From Lophium mytilinum (Eukaryota), in the NCBI GenBank assembly GCA_010093605.1, contig MU004181.1, forward strand, positions 186,001-250,000: a DNA stretch of 64,000 nucleotides, written 5' to 3'. Below the pieces are notes generated by a model. The model did no database searches, was not told where the DNA came from, and saw only the letters and a list, made by a program, of their open reading frames with translations. How positions within the stretch are numbered: the first letter of the stretch is position 1; each line of letters opens with the position of its first letter. The translations under genes were made by a program, and so were the position numbers. Below, one piece after another: positions 26,928 through 38,749 of this stretch.

Positions 26928-27346
26928 TCTCTTGAATTGGACTGTCGAGATTTGTAGTTGATAAAGAAAGTGTTGAGTGGGCGAAGAAGGTGTGTGGTGG
27001 TGTCTCGTGGATATTTTGGAGGGAGGTTGTGGCAGGAACGATCTATCAGAGTCTTATATGGGTAAGGTATTAGGGAAGAAACGGCCAAGCTTTCGCCAAA
27101 AGAGAGAACCGAAGCCTCCTAGCATTCACGTTGTAGTCGCGCTGTGGCTCCATAGCCGGCGACAACTCCGTGAAACCTGACATTCACGTTCAGCTGGAAA
27201 ACCTCCCGAACATATAAGGTTGCTCGTTCACATTCTTTTCTTCCTCTTCAACCACCCCACCGCAACCAGAATCTGCTCTACTCCCCCATTGTATCACCAC
27301 CTCTTCACCAATTTCATCCACCTCCTCACAACCGAACTGTTCAACC

Positions 27347-28582
27347 ATGGCTAAGCCAATTGCTCCTACTGGAGGCTCGGAGGCCAATACCCGAGGACGG
27401 CAGATGCGAGACAATCAGAATTCGAAAGTCAGAAAAACTCGGGTTCCGCTCAAGCTGCAGGTTCGCAACTACCAACGTCGGGTGCTTCAATTGGAGCATG
27501 CCATGACCACATCGAAGCTCGCATCGAAGCCGGATGCCGCTATCGGCGATCCTTCCGGTGGGATGTCATCCCAATCCGACAATGCGGCGGATTTCTCTAA
27601 CGCAGAGAATAACGACGGGCAGGACGAATCGCAACTGGGGGGCAAGGAACCACAAGAAGATCTCGAGATGGATGACGCGGACCAGGATGATGTCAACATC
27701 GAGGAACAGAAGGCCGGCATTGACCCCAATATGGATGATGGTGAACTAGATGCCACTTCCCAGTCGGCTGATCAGGAACAGCTACAGCCAGCAAGGAAGC
27801 CAACCGAGCTCCTGGACTTGCCTCTAGAGATGCTCCGCAAGATCGTCGAATTCGCGGTTGGAGCGGGAGGAGACATTATTCTGAACAGGTCACAGCGGAT
27901 TCTCTTCGACAGCGGGCGTCCCGTGCCCAACTACGCGCGGCACTCCTTTAACGACGACTACGTCAGCACCTACATGTCCCTACGAATGGTCAGCAAAGCC
28001 CTCCGCCCCATTGTTGAGGAATCCTTCTTCAAGTACAGCCCCTTGAAAGCGCTCAACCTAGTCGCACTCCGCGGTGCTCTCGCCCGGAGGGGGTTGCAAA
28101 AGTTCAATAGCAATATTCGCCACGTAGTCCTGGCCTGCTTGCTTTTCAAGTGCGATGAGGAGAAGGTTAATGAAATCCTCATGAGCTTGCCAAGTCTACG
28201 TCGGCTTACCTTTTGCGGGCTCCCTATTAATCGGGGAATTCCTCAATGCACCCCACACGAGCACGAGCAGGCGTCTTTGAACCATTCACGCGACATCCTC
28301 GACTGGTATCTTCCGACTTTGATGGCGCTGAGGGACAAGTTTGGCAAGAACGGCATTCTTATCGAGTTCAACGCGAATGAGAATGGCTGCTTCGATGACC
28401 ACGAAGAGGCGGTACGACGGGCATGCCTATGCGGAAACTCTCCCACCGACCCCCCCACGGAGCCCCTGTCTCAGCAGGCTATCAAGGAGAAGACGGAAGA
28501 GTTGAAGACAGCGTTCATCGATGCGCTGGTAGCCAAGGAAAGAGAAGTCTTGGACGCTGGGAGTCTGGAGGTCCCTGGTTGA
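27347..28582 (+). CDS. F-box-like family member C (411 aa)
   Basis: Intact ORF with ACCATG start and an upstream TATA-like CATATAAG; PTELLDLPLEMLRKIVEFAVGAGGD plus the family motifs. Divergently oriented to B. Confidence 0.88.
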   Translation: MAKPIAPTGGSEANTRGRQMRDNQNSKVRKTRVPLKLQVRNYQRRVLQLEHAMTTSKLASKPDAAIGDPSGGMSSQSDNAADFSNAENNDGQDESQLGGKEPQEDLEMDDADQDDVNIEEQKAGIDPNMDDGELDATSQSADQEQLQPARKPTELLDLPLEMLRKIVEFAVGAGGDIILNRSQRILFDSGRPVPNYARHSFNDDYVSTYMSLRMVSKALRPIVEESFFKYSPLKALNLVALRGALARRGLQKFNSNIRHVVLACLLFKCDEEKVNEILMSLPSLRRLTFCGLPINRGIPQCTPHEHEQASLNHSRDILDWYLPTLMALRDKFGKNGILIEFNANENGCFDDHEEAVRRACLCGNSPTDPPTEPLSQQAIKEKTEELKTAFIDALVAKEREVLDAGSLEVPG

Positions 28583-29575
28583 TGCTCTAGCGCTAGGCTG
28601 ATGGCGTAAACAAGAATGTCGCATCTCTAAGGCGTATATGGAGCGAGCAGAGGGAAGAAATTGAGCGACCTAGTGCGGGTACAAAGACCTCTTGGCGTAT
28701 GTGTTGTCCGAGTCCATATATCTGCTTATCCCGTGAGTTCAAACTAGGATTTGGGGCAAAGTTTCCTTCTTCTAGTATAAAACAAAACACATCGATTATC
28801 AGAGATCTCCACATGAAGAATCAGGGTTCTGGAGTGGATATTTTGCCCTTAGGTATCAGTGATCCGAATCACCTCACAGTCTACAGGCTCATCTCGTAGT
28901 ATACGTAAAGCAACGCGGCCAGATATAGGACATCCGTGATGTAGAAAAGCCTTTAAGATGTAGAAAGTCCCAGGGGCACTAAGGGACGCTATCATCATCC
29001 GCAAATGAGAGTTTAGTGGCGTTTGATCCGCATTGTGTCTATATCAATGCTGGTGTAACGATTGATTTTCTCGCGTTCTGATTTACAGCGAGGAAACTTT
29101 TACATCGTGATATCCATATACTTGAAATGCCCAAGAGCACACGGATATATTTGATCATATGACACCGTTTCTTTGCTAAGAGAGCAGTTTTGCAAACTGT
29201 CGAGCATTCAACCCCGTTTAGCCCTTTAAATCTGAACTTGATACTAAGTCAACAGAGATTGGTACTTTTGGCACAAAGGGTAGGATGCTTCTCTTCACAT
29301 TGCGATATCAATGGTGGAGCTTTTACATCCTATATGCTAATTTTTAACATTGTTAGCGTACTTCATACGGCGTTATGATATTACCACAATTAAACCCTTC
29401 ACAACACGATTCAAAGCATGATTCGAGTCAGGACGAAACAACACTCAATTTTCACTTCACGATAGCCCGACCAGCAGAAAACTCCGCAAACCTACCCGAA
29501 TCCGCCCCCAGAGCACCGAACCCGCAGCGCCCAAACCACCACCTCCCGCCCATCCCCTCGCCTCCACCCCGGGAA

Positions 29576-29957
29576 TCAGGCCCAATCCTCCGCCTCTCCT
29601 CCCTTCCCCTTCCGAACGACTCGCGAACGCCGGCCACCCCCCACCGTGATCTTCAGCACCGGTGTGGAGGGCGCCAAGGTGTTGCCCCTCTGGACAGTGG
29701 TGGTCGTCGTCCGCTCCACTCTCAACCCCATGGCCGAAGCCGATCTCGAGTGGGAGAACTCTTCGATTCCTCCCGGGTTCTGCACGCGGTCGACCGCCAC
29801 GTTCCACAATTCGACTGCCTTTGATGTGTTAGCTATGATGTCAAAAAGTTGAAGGACGTGGTGTGAAACGTACTCTGGCCCAGAGGCGACGCATGCTAGC
29901 CCGCAGGCCGGTCTCTTTCCTCTTCTTGCCGCCAGCGGCTTGGGGATTGGTGCGCAT
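29576..29957 (-). CDS. Small basic hypothetical protein, two exons (intron 29819-29873)
   Basis: ATG at 29957 gives MRTNPQAAGGKKRKETGLRASMRRLWAR, then a 55-nt GTACGT..GCTAAC..AAG intron joins in frame to AVELWNVAVDRVQNP.. No recognisable domain; the 3' end is uncertain at a G-run. Confidence 0.5.
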
Positions 29958-30569
29958 GATGATGTTTTTTGGAGGAATGGTGGAGAGGCTGGAGAGGTTT
30001 GTGATGGTTGAGAGGTTGGAAGTTTGCTGTGATGATGTTGAGGATTCGGAGGCTGGAGAGGTAAGAGAGTAGATATCATAGTTTAGATAGAATGCTATGG
30101 AAATGGACGCAGAGTGAAGGTGGCTAACAATAGGATCTTCTTATTGATGAAGGATGAGTATTGTCGAGGCCGGGCTGGATAGAAAGGTGAAGTGGAAGAA
30201 TCTCAGAGCTGGGAGTGCAGGGAAAGGCGGTGAATGTCATGAATATGGGGCCTTGCAGGCGACATAAGACTGTGGATCCGTGAATTCTTGCAGTTCGAGA
30301 TATCTTCCTGGCTCAGGAGTCACTGTTCTCTTGGACACCCTCTGCGCATTAAAGCCCTGCGTCGAGAGCTCTTCTGCCTTCGTTCTCGGCTTCCAACAAC
30401 ACCACCCACCCTCCAAACTCAACACAACCAGCACCACCAAAGTTACCTGTTGCCTTGCCCTAACAACAACCATCAATCCGCAAAATAGCATCTGGTTGCC
30501 ACAGCGTGACTGGCAGACTCGATCCTCGCAAGTACAATCTTTTCCATTCCATCAGACCGTCTAAAAAGG

Positions 30570-31832
30570 ATGGGGAACAAGCTCTCACTCCCCCGGGCCC
30601 CCGGACTAGGCGTTGAGGACCAGCACATATTAGCAGGTGATAGACCGAAAGAGAGTCACCTCGAGACTACCTCTGGGGCTGATAATCCGAATAAAATACC
30701 ATCCACGGGTCCTAATGATGATAATGCTACCGACGCTGAGTTGGGCGTGGATCCTGACATGGACGCTGAAGATCAAGAGACACGCTTACCGGCAAAAGAA
30801 CCGAAAAGTGAGGTCCACGATGGAGTTTCAGACCAGCACAACGAGCGCGCCCGTGCCGATTCCCTCGTTCCTGCCGATCCGAAACAAGGCCCAACCAACA
30901 CGAGCGCTGAAGCCCCCGAAGCTCTAAATAGGGCCTCTGAGCAGACCAAGCTGGAGAATGGGGAGACGCAGGAAGAACAGAAGGCGCATGAAGAGGAGGA
31001 GCAGAAGGAACCAACAGAACTCATGGATCTCCCACCAGAGCTCCTCCTCGAGATTGTTGAACACTCAGTTGGGACGGGGGCGGATATCAGGATGCAGAGC
31101 TCATTGATCGGGGGTCGTCGGGCAATGCTAGCTGATCATTCCTACGGTGGCATGTACTTCAGCACATACATGGCCCTTCGACAAGTCAACAAAACCCTCA
31201 GCGAGATGGCAGGACAAGGTTTCTACGGGCAAAACAACTTCGAAGCGGGAGACTTTGCCATACTTAACAGTGCGTTCCGACGAGGATTGGGCAAATTCGT
31301 TGGACAGCTCCGCACCATCACAATTGCCAGAGTCACCGGCAACGTTAAGAAGGCATGGCAAAACTTGATACGTATCAAGAATTTGCAACGATTGACCTTC
31401 GGGAACTTCCAGGCATACGTGTATGCTCGAGGCGAACGCGAAGGGTATTTCGAAGGACGAGTTCGAGAGAAAATGCAAGAGGTTCTTAATGCGACTGCGA
31501 CGGACCTCCTCATACCTCTTCGACGCCATCATGGCAAGAAAGGGATCAAGATTGTGTTCGATGGGAACCGCGGAGGTTTATGGGACGAGTACGAAGAGAC
31601 CGTTCGACGAGCTAATCTCATGGGTAAGACAAACGTAGTGGCGTTGTCTCCGGAAAAGGTCGCAGCAAAGGTGAAGGAGCTCGACGACGAGTTCAACGAG
31701 ATGGTGGTCGCCAAAGAGAATGAGTATCTGGAGCAGGAGTTGGCTTCGGCAAAGCGGTTACTCGATGTTGCCCAGTTCCGGGTCAACGAGCTGATAAAGT
31801 ACATGGGAGATTCTGAGGCGACGCGGGACTAG
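30570..31832 (+). CDS. F-box-like family member D (420 aa)
   Basis: Intact ORF; PTELMDLPPELLLEIVEHSVGTGAD, ADHS, STYMALRQVNK, LQRLTF, FDGN, RRA; C-terminal coiled-coil-like tail. Confidence 0.88.
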   Translation: MGNKLSLPRAPGLGVEDQHILAGDRPKESHLETTSGADNPNKIPSTGPNDDNATDAELGVDPDMDAEDQETRLPAKEPKSEVHDGVSDQHNERARADSLVPADPKQGPTNTSAEAPEALNRASEQTKLENGETQEEQKAHEEEEQKEPTELMDLPPELLLEIVEHSVGTGADIRMQSSLIGGRRAMLADHSYGGMYFSTYMALRQVNKTLSEMAGQGFYGQNNFEAGDFAILNSAFRRGLGKFVGQLRTITIARVTGNVKKAWQNLIRIKNLQRLTFGNFQAYVYARGEREGYFEGRVREKMQEVLNATATDLLIPLRRHHGKKGIKIVFDGNRGGLWDEYEETVRRANLMGKTNVVALSPEKVAAKVKELDDEFNEMVVAKENEYLEQELASAKRLLDVAQFRVNELIKYMGDSEATRD

Positions 31833-32723
31833 AGATAGGTCACCGCCGTGCCTTACTGACAGAGAGGAGGTGACGAGGCTTTTCGTTACTTTAAAATATC
31901 ATGAGAATTCAACCTTTATTTGATATCGCCTGATCATCCGTTCAATCAAGAGATGTCATCGTGACGGGGCCGCCCCTGATTGTGGTGACCAGCCGGCCAA
32001 TGTGACACTCAAGCAGTGATATCCGCGTGCAGAAACTTATGACCCCGTACTATATATCTAGAACTATGAGTCTGGGCACCTATCAACCACTACCAGGAGT
32101 ACCCCCATTGGGCGACCACAGCCTAGGCGCTATCTCAAGCTTTGCTAAGCGTAGTCTAAACTTGCTTTTGACAACAGGTATCATCGCGAAGGGCACGCCC
32201 CTAACAATGGCACCTAGCTTGCAAAAGCGACAGCCAAGCAGTGATATCCGTGTGAGCTTCTACTCATTGGCTTTCCGGCGTCCAAATACGACAGCGTAGT
32301 CGATGTAATGAAAAGAGGCTACCCTTTGACTGAAAGAATACCTACTAGCCAAGCTGCTCCTCACAGTACTATTGAGAGAAGAAAATTGGAACTAATGTAG
32401 TCCATGTCAGAGAGAAAAGACAAATTGTAGCCAAATTGGATATCCCAATAACGCAAATGAGAATCCAAGATTCTATGTCACATGTGCAGTCACAAACACA
32501 CTTCTATCGTCAAGTTTGGGACTGGTAATAATGATATGACATCTAGAAAATTCCAAAGAGAACCACAGATACGCCATGTGACCCTTGGAGTGTTATGCAC
32601 TTCCAACCATATATCAGTCCTGAGTTGACTCTATTATTCATGATCCCACTTTGGAAAGACTTCTGCATTTGTTGGAATTTCCCGAATTTTCATCAAGTCT
32701 CGTTCTTCATGTCCTCGTGCCGC

Positions 32724-33761
32724 CTACGAGTCGTCTAGGAAGCTGCGGAACGTCTCCATAGAGAAGTTGAGCTTTCCTTCCTCCCTCTTCAGCCCATTCA
32801 GCTGTTCTTTGATAGTCGCGATTGACTGCTCGTGTATGACCCGTTCCCTCGCCTCCAAAGCCTGATTGAACATCTCGTTGATCTCCTTCGTCTTGACTTT
32901 GATTTGATCTGGCGACAGCGGTACAGTAGGGCCCCTGCCAGCAATGAAGTCTCGCCGGACAACTTCTTCATGTCCGGCGAATGCTCCATTTCCATCAGCA
33001 TCGAATTCGATACTAATCCCTCGCTTGCCGTACTTGAGCCTCAGCTTCATGAAGACGGTCAAGAGTGCATCTAGAATGATCGTGTATTTCGTGATGCAGA
33101 TGTTCTCGAAGTTGTTCGGTAGAGAACCTTGCACACTCGGGGTTTCCCAACGAGAGTAGAAAATGAGACGCCGGAGGTTAGGCAGCGTTATCAGATTCTC
33201 GAACATGCGCCCGTAACCGTCTGGATCACCATCATACGCGAACTTCCATATCGAAACTGCCCGAAGCTGGTCACCAAAGTTCCTCCCAATGTTCCGGTCG
33301 AAGGCCATGTTCAGCTCTTCGAGGTACTCGAACTCGACCACGCCGTGCCGGAAGAAGCTGTTGTCGGCGATCGCCTTCATCGGCTTGCTGACGAGGCGGA
33401 GGGCACTAAACGTGCTAATGTGCATACCGTCCCACGAATGGTTCGCAATCATGATTTCATTGCTGCCATCCGAATGGTGGCCACCGGTTCGGTAGAATTG
33501 GATGTTACCACCCGCTCCTAGGGCTATTTCGACCATTTTCGTGACGATTTCCGGTGGGAGGTCCATGAGTTTGAGGGGTTTTTCCTTCTCGATGTCCTTC
33601 ATCTTGATGGGTTTGGAGAATCGTTGGACACGGCGTTGATACCGGTGGATCTGCGAGTCGATAGTAGTACGGTCAACTCTGCCCCGGAGCAGCCGACGGC
33701 GACGCGTTCCCGCGCGTTGTGACGAGCGCTGCTCGCCTGAGTGTGGGTCAACTCGCGTCAT
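32724..33761 (-). CDS. F-box-like family member E (~345 aa)
   Basis: Likely start ACCATG at 33761 (MTRVDPH..) within ORF 32724-33872; PLKLMDLPPEIVTKMVEIALGAGG, ANHS, ALRLVSK, LPNLRRL, FDA. Confidence 0.85.
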   Translation of the reverse strand: MTRVDPHSGEQRSSQRAGTRRRRLLRGRVDRTTIDSQIHRYQRRVQRFSKPIKMKDIEKEKPLKLMDLPPEIVTKMVEIALGAGGNIQFYRTGGHHSDGSNEIMIANHSWDGMHISTFSALRLVSKPMKAIADNSFFRHGVVEFEYLEELNMAFDRNIGRNFGDQLRAVSIWKFAYDGDPDGYGRMFENLITLPNLRRLIFYSRWETPSVQGSLPNNFENICITKYTIILDALLTVFMKLRLKYGKRGISIEFDADGNGAFAGHEEVVRRDFIAGRGPTVPLSPDQIKVKTKEINEMFNQALEARERVIHEQSIATIKEQLNGLKREEGKLNFSMETFRSFLDDS

Positions 33762-34977
33762 GGTAGCTTTGAAAGTATGGATGAGGTTGAGTGGATGGTG
33801 TGGGTTGGGGTTCGTGGTGCTGGTTGGTTCGTGAAAGAATGGTGTAAGGGAAAAATCTGGCTTGCGAGGCACTGCCTTTTATGCGTAATTCTTGGAGCAA
33901 AACGTGAATCCCTAGGTCCGGCAGATGAAATATAGTAGGTGAATGATCTCGACGCCCGGATCGCGAGTATATGAACCTAACATTCTCCTCATATCTCCTC
34001 TCAACTATCCGAAGGTTTCTTGTGTGATTTCGCAGATACGCAGCCGTATATGATGAACATATAAGTCAGCTCGGTCCGGGGGTGGAGAGAAGAGGCCGGA
34101 GATTGTAACGATTGTGTCGGCTGGGCGGAGGAGGGTTGTAATGTGGAATAAGGAAGGGGGTTTAGGTAGTTCGCACCGCTAGTAACAACCGGTTGTCTTG
34201 TGCTTTGAGATATGGCGTTCTGGGTTGTACATTGCATTCGACTCTTCGTCGGGCTGCCCGAGGGCCCCAGACGCCGGCAGCACCCGTTCATACTTGCTTT
34301 GAAGATGGCACAATTCAAACAATTTAACCAATGATAAGAAAACATGACCTAATCTCAATCCGAGTGCCGCGAGGCCGGTTGGGGGAACGCAGATAGAAGC
34401 TTCTTATTTGCCTTGTATCCCGACTTTTATCAAGCATGCAGAGGAGCTCAAACGACGCTATCATGGGATTCAACTTCACAAAACTCATCACGAGCTTTGA
34501 AGACACGTGTCATATTGACCTGTCACGGTCGGGATATAGCTAATCTCTGGTGTCAAGCTCCAGTTATGAGGGTGGAGGGTTAGCAACAAATCTGCGTTTT
34601 TAAACGATATACAATGGACCCTAATCGGCATCATAAAGCATTCAAATTGATACCGATGTTACTCCTACTCAATCAGACATGCAGGTGGGATATGAAATGG
34701 TATATTCCGAACAGCCATCTGGCCTAAAGCTCGAGTTTCTTCATGCTGTGTTTTTACCACATCTGCATTTTTACAGTGAGTCGAGGAACGTCTTAAGGTG
34801 CTTTCAGGCATGCAGGGTTCAATCCATATTATTCAACTCAATCGCGTTCCACTCGTACGACACGCTGACGTGACTTGTATTCTCTATCCAGCCGGGAAAC
34901 CTCCCGAATCTACCCACGCCGCTTCCCTCTCTTCCCCATCTCCTGAATCACTCCCACTTCTCCTTCCCCACAGGCCG

Positions 34978-36567
34978 CTATTCAGGCTGGGCCAAGAACG
35001 CCCGGATGTCCGCGTTCTTCTCATTGTGCATATCGATCAATAAATCATTGATCTCAACAGTCTCCTCTAGGTCTCTTCGCTCTTCGGCCACAATCATCTG
35101 CTTGAACTCTTCGTTCAGCACCCACGCCGCTTGCTCGATATCGTGAGCAGAAAGCGGCTCAAATGATATATGACCGAGCAAATGGGCGCGTCGGACTTTC
35201 TCCTCGTAGTTGTCCCACGTGCCTTCGCAATTCGCCTCGAACTTAATCTCAACATTGCGCTTACCATGCTTGCGGCGAGCATGCGTGAAAGACTGATGCA
35301 TTGTGAGCACTATCTGCTCAATGTACGTCCGGCAATCCTTTTCAAACTGGTCAACTTCGTTGGCCTCGGTGAAGTCCACATGAGGCGGTGTGAAAAGTAT
35401 TCGTTTCAAGTTCGGCAAGGTCTTCATGATCTCATCAAGTGTCTTTGAGTCCCCTTCGACGCTGCAGATGTAGACCGCCCGAATCTCGGCGCGGGTCGCC
35501 TCGCACATGTCGTTGATTACGATGTTGAACATGTCTAGATCTTCGAAGACGAGGATAGTTTTGAGGAACACGCTCTTGTCTGCAATGTCGCGGAGGTGCT
35601 TGTTGGTGAGGCGGAGCGCCATGAAGGCGCTGATGCACGAGTTGCCTTTGGAGTGCTCGGCGCTCATGCATTCACGTGGCTCCGTCGGGTGGTCATTGTT
35701 GTTGGAAAAGAACACCATCCGGCCGCCAGCGCCCACGGCGTGTTCTGCGATCTTTGCGAGCAGCTCGTTGGGTAGGTCGAGCAGCTCTGTGGGCTTCTTC
35801 GGCTCTGCCGTAGATGAATCCAGCTTAGTGGTCGGCGTAGTAGCTCCTTTGTCTTCTTCAACATCCATCAGTGTATCGCCGTCGAGCGAATCGATCAAGG
35901 TAGCGTCAGGATCGTCCTCGGCGTCCATGTCAACGTCCTCGCCAGACGTCTCTTCATCTCCAGATTCGTGGCCTTGGAGCTGCTTGTCTTCTTCCTCTTC
36001 TTCATCTACTGCTTCTTCAACTTCCTCCTTCTCTGCTTCCTCCTCTTCTTCTTCTTCTTCCTCTTCCTCATCCTCATCTTCATCCGTTAAATTCTCCAAA
36101 TCCTCCCCGTTCGCCGCACGAAAACCGAACTTCCTCGCCTCAATGATAGCACCCGCCGTAAGCTTAGCGATACCCCTCGCGATCCTCGCATCAAAGTGCA
36201 GCTCAGTCTCCGAGTTCTCAGGATCACGATGCTGTCGAGCCCTCGCAGCCTCCGCCATCAAACGGCCGAACATTCCGGGATACTCGATACGTGGGGTGGC
36301 CTGGCAAGGGCGTGCTTGCGCAATCTCCATGCCCTCCATGGCGTCAGCGATCGTATCTTCGACTAACTCTTGAGCTTTCGAAGTAGCCTCAGCGGCCTCG
36401 CGGCGAAGATGCTTCTTCTCGCGGTACCGACGGCGCTGGTTGCGACGCTTACGGCGGATTGTAGCGGCGGACGTTCCTTGGCCGAGTCCGCCGATTGGGG
36501 TGCGGGCGATTGACGGATGATGAGATTTGGCTTTCTTCGCCGTTCGGGCGCGTGGGTTGAGGGACAT
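34978..36567 (-). CDS. F-box-like family member F (529 aa)
   Basis: Intact ORF with an Arg-rich N-terminus, poly-Glu tract, PTELLDLPNELLAKIAEHAVGAGG, AEHS, ALRLTNK, LPNLKR, FEAN, RRA. TATATAAG upstream near 36700. Confidence 0.88.
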   Translation of the reverse strand: MSLNPRARTAKKAKSHHPSIARTPIGGLGQGTSAATIRRKRRNQRRRYREKKHLRREAAEATSKAQELVEDTIADAMEGMEIAQARPCQATPRIEYPGMFGRLMAEAARARQHRDPENSETELHFDARIARGIAKLTAGAIIEARKFGFRAANGEDLENLTDEDEDEEEEEEEEEEEAEKEEVEEAVDEEEEEDKQLQGHESGDEETSGEDVDMDAEDDPDATLIDSLDGDTLMDVEEDKGATTPTTKLDSSTAEPKKPTELLDLPNELLAKIAEHAVGAGGRMVFFSNNNDHPTEPRECMSAEHSKGNSCISAFMALRLTNKHLRDIADKSVFLKTILVFEDLDMFNIVINDMCEATRAEIRAVYICSVEGDSKTLDEIMKTLPNLKRILFTPPHVDFTEANEVDQFEKDCRTYIEQIVLTMHQSFTHARRKHGKRNVEIKFEANCEGTWDNYEEKVRRAHLLGHISFEPLSAHDIEQAAWVLNEEFKQMIVAEERRDLEETVEINDLLIDMHNEKNADIRAFLAQPE

Positions 36568-38749
36568 TGTGGGTGTTTCGGAGAGAGACTGCTGAAGGAG
36601 AAATCGACAGGGGCTCTGGTGGTTGGGGATGACTGTGGTGTGGGGGATGCCGACGGTCGATGTAGAGAATGTGGGGCCCGAGAGAGGGGGGTCTTATATA
36701 CCCCAGGGTGGAAATGATGGTTTAGTGAAAGAGCAACACATGTGACAGATATGGAGACGTGAATGATATGTGACTTACACTTCCTCCGCCTCAACTTGAC
36801 GAGATGGGGGTCATTCACAGCCCCAACGTCGAGGTGAATGCACCTGTCCCAACATTGTTCATCCATAACATCCCCTCTTTGTAACTCAATGATTATCTCG
36901 GCTACTAGCGTGGCTATCGCGAGACCTTCAATCTTTCTAATGCGAGTCCTGCCCTTGTACTCGCTGATCTGCCTTCTCGCGTCTTTCCAGATTTTCAGAC
37001 CCTGATCATCGAGCTCCTCATGGGCCACATCCAGCCTCACATCAAGCATGACCGCTGCCGCCGCTTTCCAAGGGAAATTGACTGCATAGACTTTCGCTCC
37101 TCGCGATTTTCAACATTGTTTGCAGAAGCCTCTCCGCCTTCGCATTCCAGCGCCGGTTCGACACCACCTACGTCTTATCCGCCTGCTTTGCTAACCTTGA
37201 TATGCTGGTCGAGCAACTCCATGCCAGCTCGCATTGCGACACTGGGAAGGCCGCACCGATAGCCTGTCAAGGCTGTGGCAGCGAACCGAAGCTTCCTGGG
37301 TGATGCTCGATACCCAAGATCATGAGCGGATCGTTGGGGTAGAGGTTCATTGTAACCAACGTCCTGAGTTCCTTCCAAAGAGACACGTCCTGGTTGGGCA
37401 ATGCATCTTCATTCCCTTGTTGAATGCGCGCGCTCCTACCCCTGCGTCAGAGCGCTGGTGTTTGTGCGACATACATTGCTCCTGACAGTTGTTGTCACCA
37501 CGATACTAGGCTCCCATGCGGTGGGGTTGGCGGTACATATCCCGCTATTGACCAACGCCCCGTTTACACAGCTCTCGACTTGAATTTGGACGGTATCGAT
37601 ACCGAACGTGGCTCCCCTGGGACGATCTCTGATTCTTGTATATACTTACGTTTTGGGGAGACGAATACTAAGCTCCGCAACGCAGACGGTGCCTCGCGTG
37701 GACCAAGGCTGGTACTGGGAGCGGTTGCTAGAAAGGTGGTTGGAAACATGAAGGAGGCTCGGGGAGAGGGAAGCACGGGAGAGGCACGTGAAAGTCGTGT
37801 ATGAGGCGAATCCTGAACAGATCTGTGAGTATCATGAGACGTTAGTTGCCGGATCTTTTAGGTAGAGAGGAGTACTTGCCTGTCTCCAGCAACCCAAAAA
37901 ATGAAAAAAAAGAGGCTCCCTCCACCGCCGGACAGCCAGTGGCGCTATTCCACGATGGCAGCATCACCCGTAGACCATAAAAGACGGCTGAGAAGGATGA
38001 GCTCATGCTATTGGAGAATAGTGCCCTGGCGTGGAGTTTATGTGAGCGACGACCCGAAGATGATGCTGAAGACCACAATGCCAGCGATGGTGGCAAGTAT
38101 GATAGTGGCTCTCGGCTTCGGATAATACTCGCAAGTCTGGCGGGATATCTGCTGGGGCTTCCCCGTTGTCAATGCTGGTAGGTCGACTCCAGCTTCTTCG
38201 CATTCGCGTGGAGTTCTTCTGCAAGCGGCTAGATAAGGCTTCGATATTGTCAGTAGGTCGGTCTTGTATCTACGATTGGAATGAGGTTGTTGGTAGAGGA
38301 GGGGAGGACGCCGACGTGTGGCGAGTTGCGGAAGCGGTTCGAGGTAGATTTTGGAACGCGGAGGAGCATGTGGGGAGGCTATCTTTGAGGAAGTTAGAAG
38401 AGCAAGGAAAGTCTTTGCAGATAGAAGACTAGGTGCTGCAGCAGGCGCGAGTTGGGGGTGTGAGGGGATGATATCGGCCTGAGTTCTTGGGGTCTCTTTG
38501 GAGAATGTTTACGCTGCTGCGAGTCAGCTGTGTCCTTGGAGGGGAATAAGGCAAGTCATACTGTCATTTCACAGTCAAGTCTGAAGTAGCCAGTGTTTCT
38601 TGGAGCTTCAGGCGTCAGGCCTCAGGCATTCGATGAGAAGTACAGTGCGATACGTGAACTTGAACTTTGTATATGATTACTCGGTATTCCGTCTTCCGCA
38701 ATAACCCACTGCTGCATCCATCTCCCAGAGAAAACATGCATACCTACCT

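Noticed and set aside
35507..36373. Long Ser-rich ORFs (35507-36373, 26239-26853, 43462-44151 and similar)
   Set aside because: Antisense shadows of acidic or codon-biased coding sequence on the opposite strand.
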